Below are positions 41,723 through 51,479 of a stretch of DNA of 64,000 nucleotides, piece by piece. The stretch comes from Obrimoposthia wandeli (lineage: Eukaryota): contig CDROCS010004540.1 in the NCBI GenBank assembly GCA_977020255.1, positions 62,001 through 126,000 on the forward strand. Reading direction: 5' to 3'. The notes beneath the pieces were generated by a model that worked only from the letters and a program-made list of their open reading frames with translations, was not told the origin of the DNA and did no database searches. The first letter of the stretch is position 1; each line of letters begins with the position of its first letter. The position numbers and the translations under genes are program-made.

Positions 41723-43000
41723 TTAAATCTTCCCACAATCCAGCTTATTCTGTCCAGGAACCACCCCTGTCATCACGGTAGCTTGATAGCCCGTGCCATT
41801 ATAAGCCTGCTCAAAAACCGCCTGTTGATAACTGCACAAACCATCATCACGCTTCATGGTAATAACACCCTGTATGCGGCGTCCTGTTTGAATGCCCGTA
41901 ACCTTGTGCCTTAAAATACTCCAATCACGACTGGTGATGTACGCGTATTGCAACTGCTCTTTCCAGCTATAACTGTTCGCCCAGTCTTGCGCGGCGATTA
42001 ATGCACTCTCGTTTAAATCAGTATCGTCCATGCCCTTCGCGGGTAAAACATTATTCGCCGTACGCTGCAGCGCTTCTTTTGCGTAACGCGCATCAACCGC
42101 TGCTTTCGCTGTGGCAGCATAAGCCTGCAACGTACTATCGACCTTATCTTGCGCCACTTTGTCTTGGCTGATTTGACGCATGGCTGTTTTATCCTGACCC
42201 AGCACATTGTAGCTACTGTGCTCTTGCCAAAGCTGCTTACCCAACGGACCACTGGCCACCCAGATAACGCCTTTCTCTTGCTCGATCAGAAAGCGCCCCA
42301 TGTGCCCCATTTCATACACGGGTTTACCAATCGCCTGACTTAGCTCAGCTTCATACAAGTAAATGCTTGAAGTACAGCTACGACAATTCATGCCCTCTAA
42401 CGTAATTTGCTTGTTATCATCCAGCGTCACATCAATTTGATCGTACTGTTTACTGCCCACCGTTTGCCGAACTGCGGCGTAATAGGTGCCACTGCCACCT
42501 GCCACCTCAAATTTGGTAATGCCCTCACCTGTCATCAAACGCTCAGACTCCGCCAGCGCAAACGCCTTACCTGCGTCTAAAGTGATCGTCGGAGTGCCCT
42601 GCTTGCTATAGACGTTGGCGTAAGCAATCGTACTCCATACTTTTTTGCCCAATTCACCGTCAGCCATGATCGAGACAAAGGTATTCTCATCGTATGCAAT
42701 AATGTAAATACCCATAGAATTGAAAAATACAGGACGCCCTAATTCTTTCGTCGGCTCTTCTAACAGCTTAAAACCTGCCCCAGGGCATCGAGGACATGCA
42801 CGAGTTGCCAGCATCTTTTGGCCATTCATTTCGCCATACTCAACTTGCAGCTTCTGGGTTTGGCCAGCGGCACTGCGCTCTGGAATCGCTAATTGATAGA
42901 CGCCATTGACTGCCTCAGGGGTAAGTTCAAAAGCATGAGCTGCCAGAATTGTAAAAAGTGAACAGATGAATATTAGTGGTTTGATGACGGCTTTCAGCAT
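41723..43000 (-). CDS. Hypothetical secreted protein with an internal CxxC-bearing duplication
   Basis: Signal peptide ending AHA, GGAG RBS, two related blocks CPRC..GRPVF and CRSC..GKPVY. Confidence 0.8.
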   Translation of the reverse strand: MLKAVIKPLIFICSLFTILAAHAFELTPEAVNGVYQLAIPERSAAGQTQKLQVEYGEMNGQKMLATRACPRCPGAGFKLLEEPTKELGRPVFFNSMGIYIIAYDENTFVSIMADGELGKKVWSTIAYANVYSKQGTPTITLDAGKAFALAESERLMTGEGITKFEVAGGSGTYYAAVRQTVGSKQYDQIDVTLDDNKQITLEGMNCRSCTSSIYLYEAELSQAIGKPVYEMGHMGRFLIEQEKGVIWVASGPLGKQLWQEHSSYNVLGQDKTAMRQISQDKVAQDKVDSTLQAYAATAKAAVDARYAKEALQRTANNVLPAKGMDDTDLNESALIAAQDWANSYSWKEQLQYAYITSRDWSILRHKVTGIQTGRRIQGVITMKRDDGLCSYQQAVFEQAYNGTGYQATVMTGVVPGQNKLDCGKI

Positions 43001-43150
43001 GAAAGACTCCTGCCTTATAAAAGTGGCGGATTAGAAGTATGAATTTTTGCATACATCTAATCATAGCCGCACAGTCAGAATTGCGACAGAAATCAACAAG
43101 ACTTAGCTAAGCGAGAAAGGATTACAAAACGATGGTTTACAGCTTAGGGC

Positions 43151-43366
43151 TTACTTCCAGCCTTGCAGCCAATTGTTAGTATTTTTTAGATCCTCCCATT
43201 CAATCGGCTCAGCACGATGTGATATCACAGCCTCGATTAGGCAATGTATAACCTCACCCTCCTCATCCAGCTTTAGCTCTGTGATTAAAAAGTGTTTTTC
43301 TTTATTAACTGGCTTTACCGCGGTCCATTTACTGTTAAGCAATTTTTTAGGATTGATATTATTCAT
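43151..43366 (-). CDS. TIGR02450-family Trp-rich small protein
   Basis: INPKKLLNSKWTAVKP.NKEKHF..W.DL.N..NWLQGWK. Confidence 0.85.
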   Translation of the reverse strand: MNNINPKKLLNSKWTAVKPVNKEKHFLITELKLDEEGEVIHCLIEAVISHRAEPIEWEDLKNTNNWLQGWK

Positions 43367-43402
43367 GATAATTTTAATACTCCTACAAGGTAATTTTCCA
43401 CT

Positions 43403-43726
43403 CTAATATACAAACTTAGGCACTTTCAACTTAAGAATCTCGACTAGCTTCTCATCCATGTATTCATAATCATCTGGGATGTCTAAACAAATTATTTTTT
43501 GGTCTTTAATCACCCGACCAAATTTACTGCTTAGTTTCTTTTTATGAGCCTTCTCCATAACAAAGATAAAATCAGCCCACTCTATATCCTCAATACTGAC
43601 ATGAACCTCTGCATCGTTACTTACGCCTGCAGAGTAAACTTGCCAGCCATCAACATGACTAAAGACAGCCTCGGCGGTTGGACTTCTGAGCTTATTTTTA
43701 CTGCATAGAAATAATACTTTGTTCAT
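43403..43726 (-). CDS. Low-molecular-weight phosphotyrosine phosphatase family protein
   Basis: CX5R loop CSKNKLRS, SAG, LDIPDDY. Confidence 0.88.
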   Translation of the reverse strand: MNKVLFLCSKNKLRSPTAEAVFSHVDGWQVYSAGVSNDAEVHVSIEDIEWADFIFVMEKAHKKKLSSKFGRVIKDQKIICLDIPDDYEYMDEKLVEILKLKVPKFVY

Positions 43727-43778
43727 GTACTACCTGAAATCAATAATGATGAATATGCCTGTATTTAAAGCAGAAGCA

Positions 43779-44081
43779 TTAAGAAGTAATCTTTAAAAGA
43801 TAACGCGAGATAGTCTTAGCCTTAAAAACTAAAACTAAAACTAAAGAAGTCATCACTTCCAGAGATGTAATGAACATATTGGCTTTATCTTCTCCTCTTA
43901 GAACTATATCTTCGACATCAAAAGAATGTTGATTACTCATATGAAATAGATACATCCACGCCATAGAGTCACCAATAGCATAATACAACGTATACAGGCC
44001 TAAGCTAATTAGCATTACGACTAACCAGCTCCCTTGAGTTAATGGAACAACATCTTTATCCATCTCTGGTCTGATAATCAT
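43779..44081 (-). CDS. Hypothetical membrane protein (possibly decayed)
   Basis: 100-aa ORF with two hydrophobic segments and an (AAAACT)x3 slippage tract. Confidence 0.4.
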   Translation of the reverse strand: MIIRPEMDKDVVPLTQGSWLVVMLISLGLYTLYYAIGDSMAWMYLFHMSNQHSFDVEDIVLRGEDKANMFITSLEVMTSLVLVLVFKAKTISRYLLKITS

Positions 44082-44847
44082 TCACTACAGCTTTGCATCT
44101 TGGAAATTGAGTACAGCCCCAAGAACTGATTACCAGCATTCACACCTTTATTGGCTGTGCGTATAACCATATCACTCCCGCACTTAGGACAAAACTGTTC
44201 AGAGGACTTTCTCTGTTTGATTTTCTTTACATGCTCAACATGAGTCCTGTGAACCTTAATACTAGGGGCTAATCTACCCGCCTCGATTTTAAGGATGATA
44301 TCTTTAATTTCTAAGTATGATAGAACTGGCTCTTTTTTAGATTTAATGTAGCGAACAAGACCACCTGCATTCGTGACATTTTCAGGCATTGCCGTTTTGA
44401 ATGTACTGTCGCCAACAAAAGCGATAACTGAAAACAGTGTGTTTTCATTAATTTCTAGGCATGAAGATAGTACTTTTACGTGCTTGTAATTTTGATGCAA
44501 TGGGTTCTGAAATTTACTAGAGTGTTTAAAAATCCTTTGCGTCCATTGCTTTTGGTGCTCAGAACCAAAAATCCAACCTTTCATGTTCTTAGTTTCAATA
44601 ACGAAAATTCCAAACTCAGAAATAATCACATGATCAATTTGCGTACTACCGTCCTCTGTCGGAAGTGTGACATTCTTCATTAGATGATATTTATTTTTAT
44701 CTAATGAGAGCGTTATAAATATATTAACTATAAGCTCACCTTTTGCTTTAAACCACGCTGTTTCATAACAGCGATGATTATGTTAAAAGGTACGATATAG
44801 ACATACACAGATATAACACTATTAACGCTAACGGTGAAAAAATCCAA
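44078..44847 (-). pseudogene. NERD nuclease-related domain plus topoisomerase C4 zinc finger, frameshifted
   Basis: Starts TTG GAT TTT (GGAG RBS) at 44847. A 1-nt loss near 44765 separates ..IIAVMK from TAWFKAKGE..QIDH..ETKN. A 1-nt gain near 44120 converts QFWGCTQFPRC into QFLGLYSISK. Confidence 0.8.
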
Positions 44848-44921
44848 TTTATACACTCCAATCCTTATGAATGAGAATACTAACTACTTCATATACAAAA
44901 ATACGCTTCAGCTGAAACCTC

Positions 44922-45467
44922 CTATCTTTTACTCATAAGAGACCTTAACCAACAGAGTCTCGTGAATTCTAGTTTTTCAGACTTAAACTCACGCACAAGA
45001 GCAAAAACACTCGTCACTAAAGCCAGGCCATTTGAGATCAGTCCTGGGTAAGATGCCACCAGAATATTATGTCCAATCCAGCCGAAGATACACATCAACA
45101 AAAAGATCCGTAGCCGTTTAATGTTCACCTGCAAATTACCCATACAAAAGAATACCAAAGCCAGTGACGAAAAGACGGAAGCCATGCCTTGCCAAGTAAC
45201 CCAACAGACCAAAGGAGTTAATACGATAGAGGCTAAATACACCGACTTAAATTTTGGATGCGACTCCAGCGGAATGGCTAACGATGCTTGCAAAGCCACT
45301 AGCAACATAATCGCCGCCCCCGTGAACGCATTCAGCAGTGAAAAATGCACACACATGAATATCGCGGCAGTAATCTGCCCTAGCAATAGATACTTTCGAG
45401 TTTTAAGCAAAGGCCAAACGGTGTTTGATACAATACCCAAGATGCCAAATAACGTTGCTAAATCCAT
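44922..45467 (-). CDS. YgjV-family inner membrane protein
   Basis: Hydrophobic, RLRIFLL..GWIGHNILVASYPG. Confidence 0.8.
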   Translation of the reverse strand: MDLATLFGILGIVSNTVWPLLKTRKYLLLGQITAAIFMCVHFSLLNAFTGAAIMLLVALQASLAIPLESHPKFKSVYLASIVLTPLVCWVTWQGMASVFSSLALVFFCMGNLQVNIKRLRIFLLMCIFGWIGHNILVASYPGLISNGLALVTSVFALVREFKSEKLEFTRLCWLRSLMSKR

Positions 45468-45504
45468 GCTAATACAATCCTAGTAACAGCTCTAAACCCC
45501 CACT

Positions 45505-46140
45505 CTAAATACAAGAGTCCCGCCTTACTTCAACCAAGCTGGTTTCCGCATTATCAACAGCTGCATCAAACGATTCAATGCCACTACTTTTTATCAAGTC
45601 ATACTCGCTTGCAAAAATAGGCACAGCCCAACTCAACGTGACATGCTGCATGCCAACATGAAAATAGTTAAGTTCATTAGGCTCACCGCGCGGATCATCA
45701 AACAGCAAGGCCTTAGGCCAGTCAGCTGGCGCGCTCTCAGTTTCTTCCATCAAGTCTTCCGACTTAACATTACGACCCAGGGTATTAACGATGTAGTTTG
45801 ATATTTCAAAGATGTATTGGCTCACAGACTCCAATTCATCGTCAACGACATCAAAAGGCAAAACCATTAACAGTTCATTGTTACAGCTTTTATCATCGTG
45901 GAATTTACAAGAGGACAAACCAATGGTGGCGACACGCGTTACTTGATCCATATCTTCACCGGGGAAAACATAAAGCTCAATGGGCATCTTCTTATGAGAT
46001 AAAGAGCCATTAGCTTCTTTGTTTTCAGGTATAAGGTGGCGCGTTTCAGGCATCCCCCAGCACTTAATGTATTCAGCTAGGATGATTGATCTTTTTATAT
46101 CAAAACTAAATTTTTCATCCACTGTTAAATCCAAACTCAT
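45505..46140 (-). CDS. Suppressor-of-fused (SUFU) domain protein
   Basis: IELYVFP..VATIGLS..ELLM..LLF..WAVPIFASEYDLIKSSGIESF. Confidence 0.75.
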   Translation of the reverse strand: MSLDLTVDEKFSFDIKRSIILAEYIKCWGMPETRHLIPENKEANGSLSHKKMPIELYVFPGEDMDQVTRVATIGLSSCKFHDDKSCNNELLMVLPFDVVDDELESVSQYIFEISNYIVNTLGRNVKSEDLMEETESAPADWPKALLFDDPRGEPNELNYFHVGMQHVTLSWAVPIFASEYDLIKSSGIESFDAAVDNAETSLVEVRRDSCI

Positions 46141-46247
46141 ATTTTAATCCCCATAATTTTACCTTTTTTCATAACAATCTCACCCGCCACTTCTGCAATG
46201 CATCAACGCTGCATTCTTACTATTAATTAGTACACGCACCGACTAAT

Positions 46248-47468
46248 TTAAAGCTTCGAAGTCAACAGCACCTCCATGTCATTGGCAACCTCTGCAAACC
46301 CTTCATGCTTTGCTTTTAACTCACGCAATATGGGCAGAGTATCTTCAGCAGCTTGATAAACTTCCTCTAAAATAACCCCCGCCTTTTTCTTGGTTAAGCC
46401 GCAGTGGCTAATGGCAAATTTCTCCAGCACTTTCCACTTAGGCCAGCGTTTTGAGCCCGTTAAGGTTAATGCCATTGAATCATTCTTAATGTAAGGCACC
46501 GTACTAACCACATCAAAAATGGGCGCCAACTTACGCTCATGCTTAGGTAAGTGGCCCTGCTGATAATCCCTTAAATCTTGATAAATTACGCCGCTATTTT
46601 TTAAGTGAGCATCACCATTTTTTATCAGTACATTAATCACGGTTAATTTAAAAAAATCGCTTCGGGCTTCCGCTAAATATTCAGGAGAAACAAACTGACT
46701 GATGGTATTAATACAGGATTCTAGGCTGGCATCATATTTTTGTTTGGTTGATTTCCCTTGCAGAACACAAAAGTCCTCGAAGCCTAATGGGCCATTAGAA
46801 CTGTCAATATCAAAGCGTTTACTCACAAAAAGCTTCGCATTATCACTCAAATAAAAATCGGCAACCGTTAACCCAGAGTTTTTGCACAGCGTCATACAAA
46901 CATACTCATTACAGGCGAGCTGAGGAAATTCTTCCCCCCAGGTTTTAACCACATACGAATAGATATTAAGAGTTGATTTACTGCCTATGTTCAAATCAAC
47001 CGCATCCAACAGAATCTTGGGTTGTACCCCCGCTACGCCTGAACGTAAGGCAAATTGTGTGAGCAGTTGATTAAATAATGACTGATCCTGACTGTAGAGT
47101 ATGTCTGATAGCGAAGGAGTATCAGCACCATCATCTTCCAGCAATTCACCTGCTATACGATACTGTAAACGCCCAATCTGATTATTCCCTAACAGGGTCA
47201 ATACGGTTAAATCATCACTGCCAAATTTTTTGGCGACTATGCGCTCTAAATAATCACGCAGATAACCTTCGGGTAAGTTCATTTGAAAGATGGGATGCAG
47301 CCCAGAGTATTCATAACTCTCGGTTCTTAATGGCATCACCAGAGATACAGCCTGCTTGGCCCCAGTTTGGTAAGTAAAACTGTGCTTATCGTTATACTCA
47401 CCCGCCCTTGAGGTTTTAGCTAATAAACCTGCATTTTGCGCCTGCACATACACATCAATATTATTCAT
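46248..47468 (-). CDS. hipA: HipA-family kinase toxin
   Basis: N-terminal couple domain (FQMNLPEG), SGVAGVQPK loop, FEDF, NGDAHLKN, LAPIFD. Confidence 0.92.
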   Translation of the reverse strand: MNNIDVYVQAQNAGLLAKTSRAGEYNDKHSFTYQTGAKQAVSLVMPLRTESYEYSGLHPIFQMNLPEGYLRDYLERIVAKKFGSDDLTVLTLLGNNQIGRLQYRIAGELLEDDGADTPSLSDILYSQDQSLFNQLLTQFALRSGVAGVQPKILLDAVDLNIGSKSTLNIYSYVVKTWGEEFPQLACNEYVCMTLCKNSGLTVADFYLSDNAKLFVSKRFDIDSSNGPLGFEDFCVLQGKSTKQKYDASLESCINTISQFVSPEYLAEARSDFFKLTVINVLIKNGDAHLKNSGVIYQDLRDYQQGHLPKHERKLAPIFDVVSTVPYIKNDSMALTLTGSKRWPKWKVLEKFAISHCGLTKKKAGVILEEVYQAAEDTLPILRELKAKHEGFAEVANDMEVLLTSKL

Positions 47469-47722
47469 GGCTTATTAGCCTCATTCAAGCGCTGCAAATC
47501 ATCAAGGGTGGGCAGGCCTGTGGACTGCATTGCCAGAGTGTAATGCATTAATTGCAAGACTCGCTGAACCTTACGAATGCCGATATCACTGAAATCATTG
47601 CGCTCCAGTGCCCCAATCGTTGTACGGTCTAGACCGGCCATATCAGCCAACTGCTGCTGGCTCCAACCAAGGTTCTTGCGCTGCTTGCGAATAGAGCTGC
47701 TGAGTTCTATAAAAAAGTCCAT
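47465..47722 (-). CDS. hipB: XRE-HTH antitoxin
   Basis: RKQRKNLGWSQQQLADMAGLDRTTIGALE; overlaps the hipA start by 4 nt. Confidence 0.85.
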   Translation of the reverse strand: MDFFIELSSSIRKQRKNLGWSQQQLADMAGLDRTTIGALERNDFSDIGIRKVQRVLQLMHYTLAMQSTGLPTLDDLQRLNEANKP

Positions 47723-47745
47723 AACCCTCTGCCTTTAATCATTAT

Positions 47746-47801
47746 GATGAAAATATTCATCTATTTACTAAAATATTAGCATTTTGATGAATATTTACAA
47801 C
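47746..47801. promoter_or_regulatory. Candidate autoregulatory operators of hipBA
   Basis: Three AATATT-centred imperfect palindromes (centres 47752, 47772, 47790); the best is GATGAAAATATTCATC. Confidence 0.45.
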
Positions 47802-47814
47802 ATTTAATACAGGC

Positions 47815-48019
47815 CTGATGGGACAAGCAGCGTGATTCCAGAATTTTATTAAAAGGGCTCGTGCAATGTGTTGAGTTTTAGATGTTAAGAAATACCCGTA
47901 TCAGCGTGATTAACCCAACGGTCTTAACCGAAACTTGGGATGTGTATGGCGAAATGATGCCTGGCTTTGAAAGAGACACTATCGCTGCTAGACAGGTTTC
48001 CACCAGAGTTAGGAATTGA
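47815..48019 (+). pseudogene. Fragment of a short-chain dehydrogenase
   Basis: GLMGQ, then after a stop and frame break RNTRISVINPTVLTETWDVYGEMMPGFE, resembling KLMGQ..RINVVSPTVLTES..PGFEPV of small SDRs (recalled similarity). Confidence 0.55.
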
Positions 48020-48226
48020 TTGAACAATAAGAATATTGGAAATGAAATTTAGGCTCTAGGGTCTAAACGATAATGAATCATCTATTTTGGTTTATCTATT
48101 GATTCTAGGGATAGCTATTCGGAAATAATTTACTCTTCATTTCCGGTTATGGGCATATAATGAATTACTCTACCTCACTGCGTAGAGTAAGCATTTAATA
48201 AAGCCGCCGATAAGAAATACATCAAC

Positions 48227-48661
48227 CTATTCCGCCAAATCATCCACAACCAAATCAAGCAGCTGCATCAGTTGCTGTACTTGCTCACTGTCGATACTAG
48301 TAAACTTACAGGCTATTTGCTTAGGAATATTAGCCGCTTTCTTCTTTAAAGCTTGCCCTTCTGGCGTTAGCTGCACTAAGCGCTTGCGCTTGTCTTGCTC
48401 GTCTTTGATTATCTCAAGCAACCCTTTATCTGCCATTTTTTTCAAAATTTGTGTCATCGCACCGCCATCTATCGCGGTTTCCGCCAACAGCTCTGCGATG
48501 GTAATTTCGTCTTGCTCCCACAATGCCATCATCACGACATATTGCGGATAAGTGATGTTTAGCTCACTCAACGGTTCACGATAAGCACGGGCAATGCTGT
48601 TTGACGCCATGTACAGACGGTGGCACAGCTGATTTTTAAGTTTTAGTTGTTCAAACGACAT
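48227..48661 (-). CDS. ohrR: MarR-family organic hydroperoxide regulator
   Basis: LKNQLCHRLY (redox Cys), ITYPQYVVMMALWE, DKR; divergent from ohr. Confidence 0.88.
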   Translation of the reverse strand: MSFEQLKLKNQLCHRLYMASNSIARAYREPLSELNITYPQYVVMMALWEQDEITIAELLAETAIDGGAMTQILKKMADKGLLEIIKDEQDKRKRLVQLTPEGQALKKKAANIPKQIACKFTSIDSEQVQQLMQLLDLVVDDLAE

Positions 48662-48699
48662 AGGTGCTCCATCGCGCTCATTTTAGAATTGTATTTTAA

Positions 48700-48758
48700 T
48701 TTGCACGCAAAGTATTTGCAATCGGTATTTAACTTGTATATATTATTTTGCATGCAAA
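48700..48758. promoter_or_regulatory. Candidate OhrR operators
   Basis: TTTGCACGCAAA (48700) and TTTGCATGCAAA (48747) palindromes in the divergent intergenic region. Confidence 0.55.
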
Positions 48759-48786
48759 CTAAATAACAACATCTTTGGAGCTTTAC

Positions 48787-49215
48787 ATGAATGTATTACA
48801 GAACGTTGCCTACACAGCAAAAGCAACTGCAACTGGTGGCCGTGAAGGCGTAGCAAAATCCGATGACGGTCGTTTAGACGTTACCTTATCGACACCTAAA
48901 GGCTTAGGCGGCGATGATGGTCAAGGGACTAATCCTGAGCAGTTATTTGCAGCGGGCTATGCCGCTTGTTTTATTGGTGCACTTAAATTTGTGGCAGGCG
49001 AAGAAAAGCGCAGTTTACCAAAAGACATCTACATTAATTCTGAAGTATCTATTGGTGCTATCGAAGGTGGTTTTGGTATTGCGGTTAAACTTGCCGTATC
49101 CTTGGGCGATATGGATAAAACTGAAGCACAAGCCATGGTAGAAAAAGCGCATAAAGTATGCCCATATTCTAATGCAACTCGTGGCAATATTGACGTGGTA
49201 CTTTCGGTAATTTAA
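48787..49215 (+). CDS. ohr: Organic hydroperoxide resistance protein
   Basis: YTAKATATGGREG, GTNPEQLFAAGYAACF, CPYSNATRGN; GGAG RBS before ATG 48787. Confidence 0.95.
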   Translation: MNVLQNVAYTAKATATGGREGVAKSDDGRLDVTLSTPKGLGGDDGQGTNPEQLFAAGYAACFIGALKFVAGEEKRSLPKDIYINSEVSIGAIEGGFGIAVKLAVSLGDMDKTEAQAMVEKAHKVCPYSNATRGNIDVVLSVI

Positions 49216-49234
49216 TACCGCGTTTTTGATTGAT

Positions 49235-49272
49235 AAAAGCACGCTTTCTGAAAAGAACGCGTGCTTTTTTTT
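49235..49272 (+). terminator. Intrinsic terminator after ohr
   Basis: AAAAGCACGC-loop-GCGTGCTTTTTTTT. Confidence 0.75.
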
Positions 49273-49351
49273 GCTTATTCATTCAAGTCTTTTTATCTGT
49301 TCAAAAAATGTTACTTTATGGAATATAAAAATAACATCGAAGGATCGCATA

Positions 49352-50437
49352 ATGAAGAAAGTGATAGCAAAAGTAATCGTCAGCAGCACTCTCGTATTAG
49401 TAGGCTACCTCGTATTTTGGCCAGTAGCGGTTGATCCTGTTGCGTGGCATGCACCTACCAACCCAGGTTATAGCGATGACTTTTCTACGAACCAGCAACT
49501 TAGCCAGATCAATCGCATTGAATTAAAGGGGGATATTGGTCCTGAAGATTTGGCCCTGAGTAAAGACGGCCATGTTTATTTCGCATTGTTAAGCGGTGAT
49601 ATTAAATTTTTGGATTCAGCAGGCCAGATTCAGCCTTGGGTTAATACGGGCGGTCGTCCACTGGGTATTGAGTTTGATCTACACGGTAATTTATTAGTCG
49701 CCGATGCGTTCAAAGGTTTACTGAGCATTTCACCTAAAGGTGACATTACAACGCTGGTTGATAGTGTTGAAGGCGTTGCTATTAATTATGCTGATGATGT
49801 GGATGTCGCTAGCAATGGTAATATTTATTTCTCGGATGCTTCTTCGAAATTTCATGCAAAAAAATACGGTACTTACGGCGCTAGCCTACTCGATATAAAT
49901 GAGCACGGTGCCCATGGACGCATTATTGAATACAATCCAAAGACTAAAACTTCAACAGTATTAGCTAATGACATTAATTTTGCTAACGGCGTCACGCTGA
50001 GTCATGACGAGCACTCTTTATTATTTAATGAAACGGGTAGCTACCGAGTTATGCGATTGGCCCTTAACGGCGAGCAACGTGGTCACTTAGAAGTCGTGAT
50101 TGATAATCTACCCAGCTTTCCTGATAACATCGCCAGAGGCAGCAATGGATTGTATTGGCTTGGATTAGTCAGCCCGCGTAGCAAGCCGCTGGATATGCTG
50201 TCTGACTCTCCACGTATGCGAAAAGTTATTCAGCGTTTACCTGAATTTTTACGCCCTAAAGCTCAACATTATGGTCATGTAATTGCGATCAATGATACCG
50301 GTGAGGTTATCTTTAACTTACAAGACCCTCTCGGCATATATGGGCATACTACCGGTGCTTTAGAAGTGGGTGATAAACTGTATGTCAGCAGTCTGCATGA
50401 AACGGCACTGGGTGTGATGACCAACGTGAATAAGTGA
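49352..50437 (+). CDS. Strictosidine-synthase-like / SMP-30 family beta-propeller protein
   Basis: N-terminal anchor, GPEDL, GRPLG, ADDVDV..YFSDAS, FANGV, FPDNI. ATG 49352 with AAGGA preferred to 49226. Confidence 0.88.
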   Translation: MKKVIAKVIVSSTLVLVGYLVFWPVAVDPVAWHAPTNPGYSDDFSTNQQLSQINRIELKGDIGPEDLALSKDGHVYFALLSGDIKFLDSAGQIQPWVNTGGRPLGIEFDLHGNLLVADAFKGLLSISPKGDITTLVDSVEGVAINYADDVDVASNGNIYFSDASSKFHAKKYGTYGASLLDINEHGAHGRIIEYNPKTKTSTVLANDINFANGVTLSHDEHSLLFNETGSYRVMRLALNGEQRGHLEVVIDNLPSFPDNIARGSNGLYWLGLVSPRSKPLDMLSDSPRMRKVIQRLPEFLRPKAQHYGHVIAINDTGEVIFNLQDPLGIYGHTTGALEVGDKLYVSSLHETALGVMTNVNK

Positions 50438-50509
50438 TTGGCTAAAGGTGCGTGAGTGAAGTAAAGCTTGAAGTTGATAAGCGAATGGAAATCTAATTCA
50501 AACATTTCC

Positions 50510-51238
50510 TTATTCAGAAAATAAGTTAACTTCACTTGCCGTTAAATATCGCCATTGCCCGACGTCTACATCGAGTTGGATTTCTCCAATCTTTTCACGA
50601 TGCAAAGTCAGCACTCTATTCCCCACCGCTGCGAACATGCGCTTAACCTGATGGTATTTACCTTCGGTTATGGTTAACAGTACTTCTTTGTTATCGCCGC
50701 CATTAATTGAAAGCACTTCTAGTGTCGCTGGCAAGGTGAGCTGTTGCTCGCCTTGCAGTTGTATGCCGTGGTTAAAGCGAGCGACAAGCGCTTCGATAGC
50801 ATCATCCGCAATGCCATACGATAAACCCACTCGATAGACTTTATGACAGTGTTTGTCGGGGCGGGTGATGTTATAGGTCCAGCGACCGTCATCGGTAATT
50901 AATACCAATCCTGTAGTATCAACATCTAAACGACCTGCTATGTGCAGCTCCGAAACTTTCTCAATATTTGGATCGATGCCTAATGAGTTAAATAAAGAAG
51001 GGTAATCGCCATCAGTATTAGAGCAGATAGTCCCTGTGGGCTTGTGCATGAGAATGTAGCGGAATGGACGTGGTTTTAAACTTTGGCCATTTAAGGTAAT
51101 TATATTGTTTTCGTGAACCTGGGTTGACTCGGTTGTTATAGCTTCACCATTAACCATCACGTCACCAGCCTGTATGTGCAGAATGGCTTCTGACTTGGTT
51201 AATTCTGTGCTTTTACAGATGAATTTATCTAGGCGCAT
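50510..51238 (-). CDS. RsuA-family pseudouridine synthase
   Basis: MRLDKF S4 domain, GRLDVDTTGLVL, ITEGKYHQVKRMF. Confidence 0.92.
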   Translation of the reverse strand: MRLDKFICKSTELTKSEAILHIQAGDVMVNGEAITTESTQVHENNIITLNGQSLKPRPFRYILMHKPTGTICSNTDGDYPSLFNSLGIDPNIEKVSELHIAGRLDVDTTGLVLITDDGRWTYNITRPDKHCHKVYRVGLSYGIADDAIEALVARFNHGIQLQGEQQLTLPATLEVLSINGGDNKEVLLTITEGKYHQVKRMFAAVGNRVLTLHREKIGEIQLDVDVGQWRYLTASEVNLFSE

Positions 51239-51479
51239 TGTAGGAACGATATTTAAAATAGTGCCCTATCATAAAGCCCAACGATACTAATGAATAGATC
51301 TTGCGCAGATTAGAGTCGAAAAAGGGGCGAGAAGAGTCTTCTCTTAACAGCAAAGCTCTATAATGAGTAATGTGTCATAGACGCTTTAATTTATTTAGCA
51401 TTCAATAGCTATTATTAATAATCCCCCTAAAATAGACTGCCTATACGCCTTCGGCTCGTTAGGACAAATACTTTGTATA

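Noticed and set aside
44100-44780. Programmed frameshifting in the NERD gene
   Set aside because: Two independent single-base indels, a TTG start and no recognisable slippery heptamer or stimulator fit decay (or sequencing error) better.
41723-47722. Integron cassette array (many short co-oriented genes)
   Set aside because: I read the spacers and found no RYYYAAC...GTTRRRY attC structure; most are under 60 bp and there is no integrase.
49226-49351. Extended N-terminus of the strictosidine-synthase-like ORF
   Set aside because: It runs through the ohr terminator; the RBS and signal anchor fit ATG 49352.
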